Shown: in pieces, positions 1 through 11,158 of the stretch
Position numbering within the stretch: the stretch's first letter is position 1
Layout of the letters: every line of letters starts with the position of its first letter
NCBI RefSeq assembly: GCF_001194135.2
Contig: NC_069003.1
Location: 19,934,049-19,998,048 of the forward strand
DNA length: 64,000 nucleotides
From: Octopus bimaculoides
Lineage: Eukaryota
Reading direction: 5' to 3'
Program-made: the position numbers and the translations under genes
Notes under the pieces: model-generated
Told to the model about the DNA's origin: nothing
The model's database searches: none
The model's input: only the letters and a program-made list of their open reading frames with translations

Positions 1-69
1 GAGGAATGTAGTGGCGGACAAAAAACAAGACAGGAAAACAAACAGAAAAGGCTTTACGGCCAGACGAGA

Positions 70-101
<32 letters not shown>

Positions 102-105
<4 letters not shown>

Positions 106-969
106 CATGGGAAAATGTTAACAAGAGAAATAATATTCTTAAGATTATAAACCTGGAAAATTACAGGACAAGTTAGTACACTTGGAAAAGTTCAGACAAC
201 TTATTACATCTGGTAAAGTACAGAACAAGAAAACTTTTACTTAAAATATTGCAGCTAAGGATAAAATTTGAAATAAAATATTTAGATTTAGAAAATATTA
301 GCTTTTATCAAAACTGAAAATTTTATGACAAGTTATTACTTCTATTTGTTATTTCTTGTTGTTTCTATTAAAAATAAAAAAATAACTCTATTAAAATATA
401 TTTTGCACTTTAAAAAAATTCATTTTTTTAATTATTGATTAATCATTAGAAATTTGAAAATAGGTTATAAAAAATAACAGTAGTACATAATTAGTTAGTA
501 CAATAAATAGAATAATACAAAAATTAGTTATATATTACAGTAAAATCTACTTATAACAACAAATTCACAGTAAAATTTGCTCAAGCTATTGCTTAAGTTA
601 TTGCTAAGTCTTCTCATTTTTAGTCTTAACCCAATGCCTATTTTTTACATAATTCTACTTTGCATAAAACTTTAGCTATATTGGTACTTCTGGCTCTCAT
701 TTTTTAGTATTCTAGTGTGTCAATATTTTAACAAAATGATGTTGCCTTTTTTAATTATAATGTTATTTTGTAAATTAAAATCAAATTATTTTTAATATTC
801 ATATTTTATCTTTAGCTGCAATATTTTAAGTAAAAATGTTCTTGTTCTGTACTTTACCAGATGTAGTAAGGTGTCCTGAACTTTTCCATGTGTAATAACT
901 TGTCCTGTAATTTTCCAGGTTTATAATCTTAAGAATATTATTTCTCTTGCTTACATTTTTCCGTGTAAT
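102..969. mobile_element. Foldback/MITE-like element with ~190-bp terminal inverted repeats
   Basis: 102-~290 (attacatgggaaaatgttaacaagagaaataatattcttaagattataaacctggaaaattacaggacaag...) is the reverse complement, with scattered mismatches, of ~780-969. Confidence 0.8.
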
Positions 970-1393
970 TCATGTTTTTTCCAGGCTATGCTATTATGCT
1001 AATTAATAATGTGTCAAATGTGTCTATTAGCAGTAGGTATAGATTAAAGCAGAAAAGAAAAGACAAACAGTTTGGCAAGACTTGAGAAGGACATTTAACT
1101 TAGCTATCTAATAATAAAAGGTTTAGGTAGTCTCTGACAGCTGTTTCTAGAATATTCCAGATATTGGAACATCGTATCAAGCGAAGATTCCATATGCTGA
1201 GTATTCCGTCACCCACATCAATGATAGTTGTTGTAGCTCATTATATCTGGAAAGGGAGGAGGAATCCAACTAAATTCATGGATTACTATCTAACCATTCT
1301 CTTTGATCATGGATTTACTGAATGAATACCCGTTTTAATATCCATGGTTGTGCTCCAGTTATACTGTTTTTTCACAGAGTGATATACAGACAA

Positions 1394-1501
1394 GGCATAA
1401 ATAATGGTCATTGCATATTTCTTTACTGTACTAAATTTCACTTACAACTGTAAGTGAAATTTAGTACAGTAAAGAAATATGCAATGACCATTATTTATGC
1501 C
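1394..1501. repeat. Perfect palindrome with 53-bp arms and a 2-nt loop
   Basis: 1394-1446 ggcataaataatggtcattgcatatttctttactgtactaaatttcacttaca is the exact reverse complement of 1449-1501. Confidence 0.97.
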
Positions 1502-1660
1502 GTGTGTGTGTGTGTGTGTAGGTGAAAGCAAACTAAGCTTAATATAGATAACAGAGTAGTGCTCAAATAGATGGTAACTTAAATTCTAACCTCTTCATCC
1601 AGAGCCTGAACCTTTACATCAAAAGTCAGTTGTAAGAACAATACTTATTGAGCTGTTATG

Positions 1661-1903
1661 GAGATGGTACGGTAGATAAACACAGGTAGGCTTGAGTTGT
1701 ATATTTGTACAGAGCACAGAAAATAGAGATTAGAGAATAAAGAAAAATAGATAACCGAAGAACAGCAGAATTATGTAAAGTCTTATCTCTTTACATAATT
1801 GTTCTGTTCTTTTGTTATCTTTTTTTCTCTATTCTGTAATCTGTACTTTCTGTGTTCTGTGTAAATATGTCTAAATCCTACCTGTGTTTACCTTACTACC
1901 TCT
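1661..1903. mobile_element. Old MITE-like imperfect hairpin with ~120-bp arms
   Basis: Left arm ...taaacacaggtagg...attatgtaaag pairs with right arm ctttacataatt...cctacctgtgttta across an 8-nt spacer. Confidence 0.75.
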
Positions 1904-1916
1904 CTCTTTCTCTCTC

Positions 1917-1947
<31 letters not shown>

Positions 1948-2689
1948 GATAGATAGATAGATAGATAGAGAGTTATACACACACATGTTGAGTTCCATTT
2001 CTCCTGTTTGTTCCACCATATTTATATGTGTGTGCTGAATAATTATATTTACAGTTGATTGTTCAAGACAGATCATACAGTATATTGTATTTATATAATT
2101 ACATAAATGAAACTGTAAGTTCTAATTGTGATTTGAGAAAATATATAAATGCAATATGTCTATCATAAGTTAGCAAAAAAAAAAAGAAAAAGGAAAAAAC
2201 AGGTTTTGTTCTTTCATGAAACAACACATTTTTAATTAACTTTAATAGCAAGTAATTTATACAGGAAAATAATTTATCCCAGCATACCACACATAATTAC
2301 AGTTGCATCAGATGATAATATATCTCTTCCTGTAAATTCTAGTTTCTGAAATCCTCATTGACTCTACATTTCCATCAAATTTAAAGCATTCTTAAGCCAC
2401 TAATAATAGTAAATATGAAAAAGAGTAATAAGACTAAAAAATCAGTGTTTTTTCTTCTTCTTCTTCTTCTTATTATTATTATTATTAAACTCACTAGAAC
2501 CTTAGTATTTTTTGTTTGTCTTTACATTCTGAGTTCAAATTCCACTGACGCTAACTTTGTCTTTCATCCTTTTGGGTCAATAAAATAAATACCAGTTGAG
2601 AACTGGGATCAATATAACTGACTTAGCTCTTCCTCTGAAATTGCTGGCCTTGTGCCAAAATTTGAAAGCTTTTTTATTTTACTATTATT

Positions 2690-3130
2690 GAGTGAGAGAA
2701 CAGCACATGCCATTAAAGTGACACTGGGGTACAAATATATGAAGCTTAGTATATCCATCATAACTACCTGTCTGATAAAGGGTACACCAGGCACATGCAT
2801 CGCAACCATATGTGCACAACATGGTGATCTCATATCAAGATAAACAGTACATGACTTTACAGATGGAGCCCAGTTAGAATTTTCTTCCTTTCAAATAGCC
2901 TGTCCTGCTCAAAAGGTCCCTGAATAAGGGTTGTTTAAGGATGATGAATGAAACACCCATTTTTCCAGAGATGAGTTATTCAAACCCCAAAAATTCTTCT
3001 CATATGGTTATGATACTCCCCGACTACACCTGCTTATGATCAAAGATGCACATATCATCAACCATTAAGAATTAAAAGGTCAAGCAACTGACAAGCAAAT
3101 CTTTGGAATTAAGCAGAATATTTGCCATGG
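2690..3130. repeat. Unclassified interspersed repeat; a related inverted fragment lies at ~20830-20900
   Basis: ggtcaagcaactgacaagcaaatc...gcagaatattt at ~3078-3122 matches the reverse complement of 20830-20885. Confidence 0.5.
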
Positions 3131-3589
3131 CTCTATTATTATTATTATCATTATTATTAGAATTATTATCATCATCATCATAGTCTTATACTTTAGTTTG
3201 TGTTATTTTCTAAAGTGCCACATCAGGTAATTAATAAAATTCTATCTATATCTATATTTTATGGAAAATGGAAAGTATAGGCCTAAAAGTATGTGTGTGT
3301 ATGTGTTTGAAAACACCTGACCTAGCAATTAGGGTGCCTCAGCTCATGAACATAATGTTGTGGAGATTCAACTCCTGGACTGTATAGCATGTTGTGTCCT
3401 TGGTTAAGGGACTGCATTTCTCATTGGTTCAGTCTACTCTTTTAAAAATGAGTACCAGAGATAACTGATGAGTGAGTAGGTGGCACCATTCAGGGAGGAG
3501 TCTTATACACTCAGTCATTTAAATGCCATAAAATCGAATATAAACTCTGGCCTCAGGCTTAAATTTGGGACAAAAGAATAAAATAACAA

Positions 3590-4100
3590 ATGTTTCAAAT
3601 TTTGGTGCAAGATTAGCAAATTTTTAGGGAGAGTGGGTAGCCAATTATATTGACCCTAATATTTGACTGGAGGTTTATTTTATCAATACTGAAAGGCAAA
3701 GTTGACCTTGGTAGAATATGAACTCAGAACATAAAGTGTTGGAAAAAAACACCTCTAAATATTTTGTCCCACATTCTACCAGGTCCCCACCTTTTGAACA
3801 ATAATAATAATAAAAATAGTAATAATAATCCTTTCTACTACATGCACAAAGCCTGAAATTTGGGAGAGGGGGATAGTCGATTACATCGACCTCAGTATTC
3901 AACTGGTATTTGATTTATCGATCCCAAAAAGATGAAAGGCAAAATCGACCTCAGCAGAATTTGAACTCAGAACGTAGCAACGAGCGAAATACTGCTAATA
4001 ATAATAATAATATCACAAATTTTGGCACAAGGCTAGCAATTCACTGGGAGGGAGTTAAGTTGATTACATCAACCCCCAGTGGAAAATGCATATTATGATA
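3590..4100 (-). mobile_element. Three head-to-tail SINE-B copies separated by (TAA)n
   Basis: Recurring core gatgaaaggcaaaatcgacctc...atttgaactcagaac, containing the reverse complement of a B-box (gagttcaaat), between taataata runs. Confidence 0.8.
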
Positions 4101-4153
4101 ATCAATTTATCCATAGACCTGATATTTTTACTTGTATTATGATATTAAATAGG

Positions 4154-4191
<38 letters not shown>

Positions 4192-5344
4192 CGTGCGTGT
4201 GTGTGCGCGCGCGCTATTTATTTTGTAGCTTGCACTTCGTAGATATCCATTGTGGTTATATGTTTCCAATGACCAATCCAATATGATCTTCACTTTTCTT
4301 TTTGTTATTACTCACAAGTTAGAATAAGATTTGAGAGAATTTGACTGGCATTTCTAGATTGGCCAACCATGTAGAGGTCCTGAAATTTTTTCTTTTATTT
4401 TCTTTTTGTTTTTGTTTTTTCTTTTACTGAAGACAAGGGTCTGTGTGGTTATATATAGAAAGGGGTCTCTTATTTTGCTGAGGAGATTGCCAGTGAGACA
4501 TATTTCATCCCACTAAGTGTTTATTTACAAACAAATAAATTTCCAAGCACAAAACCTTTGAAGTAAGAATATCTAAATATATAGCCAGTGGCTCTATAAA
4601 CAAGTGTAACTTAATATAGTAATGAAAGCAAGTAATGGTATATATCTATGTAGGTGTGCATGAGTGTGTGAATGTGAGTGAATAGTTTTGTATGAGGGAG
4701 CAACATACACAAAAGAGTCCCTAAATATCACAATAACAAAAATAACAAATTTAGATTACTACAGTGAACCTTTGATTGGCCATTGAAAATATAACCACTA
4801 GGATATTTATTGTTCACAAAATGCATGTATATCTATAAATATATCCATACACACACACAAATAATACAAATATATACATACACACACACACACACACAGT
4901 TACACCCACACTCTCACAAGCGCACCTCAAACACATAAAAATCAAATACAAAATATACATAAACATGATACACAGATTTCATGCTTCTGAGGATTTCCAA
5001 GTATTTTTCATGCCTACTAATAGTAAAAGAATGTGTAACAATGAGAATATTACTCAGCAGAGCAGCAATACATAAATGGAACAAATTGAGAAAATGTTGC
5101 TTGTCCCTGTCACCATCAGTGCAATCAGGTGAGTTTTGGTCAGAAAATATTTCCTGCTGTTTTATTTTAACTTCCTTTGTCTGAGGTAAAAGTAAAATTT
5201 TTAAGAGAAATTTTGAGATTTAATTCAAAGATCCTGCAAGGTAAATCCTTGTTAATAATTTCTTAGACATGGGAATGAATAAAGACTCTAATTTAGAAGA
5301 GGATTGAGAACAAGTCTATCTTTTAGTATTTAAATGATCTTTTA

Positions 5345-5560
5345 TTATCTATCTTTTATGTGTTTCACTCATTAGTCTGTGGCCATGCAGGGACACTGCC
5401 ATGAAGAATTTTATTTGCAAAAATTGACCCCAGAATTTCGTTTTTTCAAGCCTGGTACTTATTCTACTGGTTTCTAAGTTTTGGGGATGTAGACACATCA
5501 ATACCAGTTGTCAAGTAGTGATGGGGGACAAACACTAGCACAAAGACACACACATATACT
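5345..5560 (-). mobile_element. SINE-A 3' part
   Basis: Matches the 3' half of other SINE-A copies (gtggccatgc...ttgacccca...cctggtacttattcta...ttgtcaag). Confidence 0.65.
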
Positions 5561-5576
5561 CAAGCGCACACACTCA

Positions 5577-5666
<90 letters not shown>

Positions 5667-5942
5667 NNNNNNNNNNNNNNNNNNNNNNNNNNNNNNNNNN
5701 NNNNNNNNNNNNNNNNNNNNNNNNNNNNNNNNNNNNNNNNNNNNNNNNNNNNNNNNNNNNNNNNNNNNNNNNNNNNNNNNNNNNNNNNNNNNNNNNNNNN
5801 NNNNNNNNNNNNNNNNNNNNNNNNNNNNNNNNNNNNNNNNNNNNNNNNNNNNNNNNNNNNNNNNNNNNNNNNNNNNNNNNNNNNNNNNNNNNNNNNNNNN
5901 NNNNNNNNNNNNNNNNNNNNNNNNNNNNNNNNNNNNNNNNNN
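5667..5942. other. Assembly gap; others at 17043-17052, 25821-25949, 44673-44882, 46971-46980, 49953-49962 and 60771-61023
   Basis: N runs, mostly abutting (CA)n or (TA)n tracts. Confidence 1.
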
Positions 5943-6291
5943 CCCTCCAACCGGTTTTCACCGCGAAGAAGCAAACAACGAACGGCTTTATCACAACAAG
6001 ACAGCTTTTACGAATAAAAGCTGCCCTGATTTTAGATGGGTTGTTTTTTCCGGTTTAAAATTCTTCTAAATTGCTCGAAATCTCTTTTGTAAGTTTTGGT
6101 GTCGTCCTAAAATAGTCCGTTCATGCATGTTGTATTTAATAGTTTAGCAGTTTATTTGTGAAATAATTGTAGCTATTCTGCAGTTGCTGTCAATGAAAAG
6201 GGTTTTCGTTAATTAGTCATGCTTAAATAATAGCAACTAGCTGGAGCTGCCGCCAGTTTTATTTTTTGCTTTTGTTGTTGTTTTTTTCATT

Positions 6292-6890
6292 ATAGGTATG
6301 GATGTGTAGTAAGAAGCTTACTTCTTAACCACATGGTTTCATATACAGTCCCATTGTGCTGCAGCTTCAGAAAGTTCTACTATAGCCCTGGGCCAATCAA
6401 AGCCTAATAATGAATTGATCTGGTAGACAGAAACTGAAAAAAACCTATTCTGTATATATGTATGTATTTGGCACTGATACTGCTGAAATTCTTCCAGCCT
6501 GGTGGTCTCATGACACAACTCAGTGAATGTTGTTGACTGTGTTTTAGATAAAGTGCCAGCTTTAATTAAGTCTGTCCAAAGTTGCCTCTCATCAGCGTTT
6601 CCCATTGATAATGGCCAAAAAGCTAGAAATGCATCTGGGAATCCGATAGGAGCAGCACTGGACAGACATGGCCTTTTTACACTTTTTACCATAGGAGAGA
6701 AATTTTTCTCCATGGTAATGGCAGTGAATTTGCCTTCAGAAGCTGAAATATGTCGCAAACATATTCGAACTAAACTAAAGTTCAATATGTGTGTGTGTTT
6801 GTTTCCCACCACTACTTAACAACTGGCATAGGTTTGTTTACATCCCTGTAACTAAGTAGTTTGGCAAAAAGAGACCGACAGAATAAGTAT
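6292..6890 (+). mobile_element. SINE-A interrupted by a ~320-bp foreign insert in its internal microsatellite
   Basis: Head and core occupy 6292-6467; the SINE resumes at ~6786 (tgtttgtttcccaccactac...gagaccgacagaataagta). Confidence 0.8.
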
Positions 6891-6894
6891 AAGT

Positions 6895-7270
6895 ATCAGA
6901 GCATCCACCCCAGCTACTGACTTGGTCACTTATGTAATGGAAGCTTTCAACTAGTTTTTCCCTCTGGCATGTGATGGAATCTATTTTCTGTACATCTTCG
7001 GTCTTTATTGCCCCTCTGCATCTGCCACACACAAAAACTATCTTCCCAGTTAATCTGCGTTTGACATTGTTGCACCCCTTATGTGTCCATAGCTTACACC
7101 AGATACACCTTATGGAGTTTCTACCTATGCCTTTTCTACAGATCGAGCAAGGCCATCTACCTGAAGGGATTTGTGATTTATCTGCCTTCGTACTTACTAA
7201 GACTTTGGTTTTTGCTAGATTGACTCTAAGGCCCTTCTATTCTAAACCTTGCTTCCACACCTGAAACTTC
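6895..7270 (-). mobile_element. RTE LINE fragment (post-RT region)
   Basis: Homologous to 27860-28230; the minus-strand translation includes CGRCRGAIKTEDVQKIDSITCQREKL. Confidence 0.85.
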
Positions 7271-8463
7271 AATGCACATGTATCCAATGTCCTCATTTTC
7301 AAGGCAGTAAGGTATGATTTTCAGATTTCACTGCTATTTCTAGCAAGTAAGCAACTACATATTGACCTATTTGTTGTATAACTAACGCTTTTTTATATTG
7401 TCTAGCATACACACACTCACAAACAAACAACGGTTAAATATATATTCCAATTATACATACTGCAGGAATATAGCCAACACTGAAGATCATTTTACATTAT
7501 AGAGTATGTAAACAAAACATACATTTATAAGTAAATATAACAATAGCTTTTTACATTACCACAAAGAAAGCCACAAATATGAGGGAGGGGATGAGGTTTT
7601 TTTTTTCTTTTTGCTACATTACTTAGGAGAGAAACGGTAACACTGTTGACCTTTCTCTGAGAATTTTCTCTCAAACTGAAGACCTATTTAAATGCTTACA
7701 ACAGACCACATTCCACTTAAAGTTACCCAAAAGCCAAGAAGTTGTGTTAAATCAAGTCACGGATTAAGTCTACCAATCAAAATCCTAGAATGGTCCCACC
7801 AAAGAGCTTCCAACATTTACTAAAATCACTAACAAGACTTTGGCAATCCCAAGGTTATGACAGAAAGATACCTACCCAAGGTCAAGCAAAGTGAGAGTGA
7901 ACCTCAAATGATATAGCTGTAACTCAAAGTTTTTACCATTTTTTTCAGCACCCTGAACATACATGATATCTCCAAGGGTGATACAAAATGTAACGCAAAT
8001 ACTAGAGCAGTCAAAGATACAGAAGTGATAGTAATGAAAATGGTGGATAATTCAAAAGCTGAAGTTACAATAAATTTAATGTGAAGCTTTTAGTTTCAAA
8101 ATTAGAGAGTATCAAAGAGAGAGGGACAGATAGGAAAAAGAGAGAGGTGTGAGGAGAAGAAAGAAAGAATTGTGAGGGAAAGTTTGTCAGCCAGACAAAT
8201 AGAAAGAGAAAAGTAACAAATAGGGAAAGAGACTTTTAAATTCTGGAGTGAATATTTTAGATGGTTATACATTTGAAATTTAAGCAAGGAAGTAACCAGG
8301 GTTTGGTTTGTATTCTTCCAGTAATTTAACAAGAGTAATGATACTAAATATGAAGAGAAGGGCCAAGTGTTAGTGTTAAAACAGGCAATGGAATGTGCCT
8401 TCTGCTGATTCTGTCTACTAAATATCACTCAATAAATTATATTATAGACTTTCTCATAGTTTG

Positions 8464-8760
8464 TAGGCACAGGTGTGGCTGTGTGGTAAGAAGCTTCTTT
8501 CCCAACCACATTGTTTTGGGTTCGGTCCTACTGCACAGCACCTTGGGCAAGTCTCTTCTGCTATAGCCTCAGGCTGACCAAAACTTTTCGAGTGGATTTG
8601 GAAGGCAGAGACTGACAGGAGTTCATTGTCTGTGTGTCTGTGTGTTCCCCATTACTGCTTGATAACTGGTATTGGTGTGTTTACATCCCTGCAACTTACT
8701 AGTTCAGCCTAAGAGACCGATAGAGGCAATGGTAAGAGACACTTGTCTAAAGTATTACAG
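8464..8760 (+). mobile_element. SINE-A, 3'-truncated
   Basis: tRNA-like head ggctgtgtggtaagaagc...gggttcggtcc followed by core ccttgggcaagt...gtggatttgg. Confidence 0.8.
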
Positions 8761-9984
8761 AGTGAGATCGAACTTACAATTATGCAGTTGCAAGACAAAC
8801 TTGTCTACCACACAGCTATGTTCATACACTTAAAAACTAATAAAATTTCAATATTGTGTTTAGAACTTTAGAGCAAGGAGAATTTTAAATTGAAGTTTAG
8901 AAACACCAATCAAGATTATAGAAAGCACAGCAGAAGTTGTAGTTTTAGAAGATGTGAGATGGAGCACAAAATAATGTAATTGAGAAGTGAACTTCTTGAC
9001 AATAGAGCCATGTCTTCATCTGTTTGTGACCTTGTGATAGACAGGCATCCTACACAATTCATGGAAGTTTTTGTCTGTTCGATAGAACAACTACAAAACC
9101 AGAGTTAGTACTGGGTACTGGTGAATTGTGTAATTGCTGAAGGGATTGACTTACATAACCTATCTTACTTACACATCGTTAGTATTATTACTACTTCTGT
9201 TCCTCTAAAGGTTGACAAAAGGAAAACCGTTTATTACAGTGTTATTTTAAAACTACTTGGAGGGGAAGGAATTGGAAAGAAAGAGACAAGAAAGGATATC
9301 CAAGTGGCTATTAACTTATGGCATCTGTTCAGGTTTTACTTCCAGCCTATCCGATTTCTTCGTTAACTATTTCTATTTCCATTGATGGGTCTTGGGCATC
9401 ATGCCAACAACTTACACACTATCATACTTCCAATAAAACAAATACAAATTTTCTCACTTGTTCACTTTCAACACACTACAAAATGACTAGCTTTCATTTT
9501 CAAGAGCCAGCTCTCTTCTAAAACTACAACTTCTACTGTTATTTCTTTAATCTTGACAGGTGTTTCTAAACTTCAATTTAAAATTCTCCTTGTTCTAAAG
9601 TTCTATATACAATGTCGATATTTTATTAATTTTTAAGTGCACAAGCATAGCTATGTGGTTAAAAAGTTAGTTTCACAACCACTTAGTATGAAGTTTGATT
9701 CCCTTATGCAGTACCTTGGGTACATAGCCTCTCAAACTGACCAATTCCTTGAGAGTGCAAATTGGTAGGCAGAAACTGACCAAATCCTGTTGTTTTATTC
9801 ACTCTTTCACAGCTTTCAATCAATACTGTATCATTGCCTTTAAAGTTTTAGTTAATTATATCAACCCCTGTACTTAAATGGCTAAACCCTTCTTTACACA
9901 AAACTTCATCAGTCAGTGTTTTCAAATCTGAATGTGAGAGGTTCCTCACCCATGTTCCTGAGGAAGCCTTTATGTGCTTGCAAC

Positions 9985-10310
9985 ATTTGTTAGAAATAGC
10001 AGTCTAATTGCACTCATATCACACTCTAGTTTTAAAAAAATAATGAGACCACACTGGATAACTGTCCTAGATACTCTATGTCTTTAAAAAAGGGTGGGGA
10101 AGGGATAGTTACAACAAGAATGCTTTGTTGCTGTTGTTTAGCCTAAAATCAGCCAAATTCTATCATCAAATGGATCCTACCTGTGACACTCCCTGACCAG
10201 CTTTTTAAAAATTTATATCTAGAACTACATACTACAATATATCCTACTTTCATTAAGATAGCAGACTGTGATTTAAGGATGATGTGGCTGCTATTTCTAC
10301 CAGGTCTGCT
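9985..10310. mobile_element. Two tail-to-tail copies of short repeat family D
   Basis: tagaaatagcag... on the plus strand at ~9991 and ggctgctatttcta on the minus strand at ~10290; family D ends in an (AAC)n tail elsewhere (63260). Confidence 0.6.
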
Positions 10311-10794
10311 TTACACTACCTTAGTAGTAATTTCTTTTATTGACACAAGATGACAATGACAATAGTGATGAATGTTAATACACAGTAGGAGAATGGCATA
10401 ACAGCTTACTGTTCGTGGTGGAGGGGGGGATTCACAGTATACAAAACAAAATTAGGTAAAGAATATATAAAGAAAAATTATGAATTCAATTGAATAAGCT
10501 CTTCAATGAATCTTTATTAACATCTGAAATAATATTTTGACAACAAAATCTTTACGTTTTTAAACTCATAAATAACGTTCTTTTAGCAGTAATAGTTTTT
10601 TATTTAATTTTCTTGCCAAAGGAGTTAAACAGAAAAATAAATAAATTAAAATCAAACAGAAATTTTTCATTAGTTTTGAAAATTGAGATATTTAATTTTC
10701 TAATAATTTTGTAGTTAAAATGTACTCTTTTTTCATTTTCCATGAATTTTTTAATGCCAAGAAAAAATGTTTTTCCGGTTAAAATATTGAAATA

Positions 10795-11158
10795 CACATG
10801 GCTATGTATTTAAAGAGTTTGCTTCACAAACACATTGTTTCAGGTTCAGTTCCACTGTGAGGCACTCAGAGCAAATGTCTTCTGCTACTATAGCCTTGAA
10901 CTGAATAATGCCATGTAAATGAATTTGGCAAGAAAATGTGTAGAAGCCTCCTGGCACCACAGTCGCTTTTACATGGCCCCACATGGGTGCTTTTACATGG
11001 CATCACACAGGCGCTTTTACAGCACCACGTAAAAGCATCCAGCACACTCTGTAAAGTGGTTGGCATGCCAAATGAGACTAGAGTCTAGTGCAGAGCTTAC
11101 CAGCTCTGGTCAAACCATCCATGCCAGCATAGACAATGGACATGAAATGATGATGATG
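10795..11158 (+). mobile_element. Chimeric SINE: SINE-A head/core joined to an RTE-type 3' tail ending in (GAT)n
   Basis: The head matches SINE-A. The tail gtcaaaccatccatgccagcat...aatgatgatgatg matches the RTE end at 29200-29262. Confidence 0.65.

Noticed and set aside
5070-5128. Plus-strand MEQIEKMLLVPVTISAIR|gtgagt
   Set aside because: Short, with no homology recognised and no downstream exon identified.
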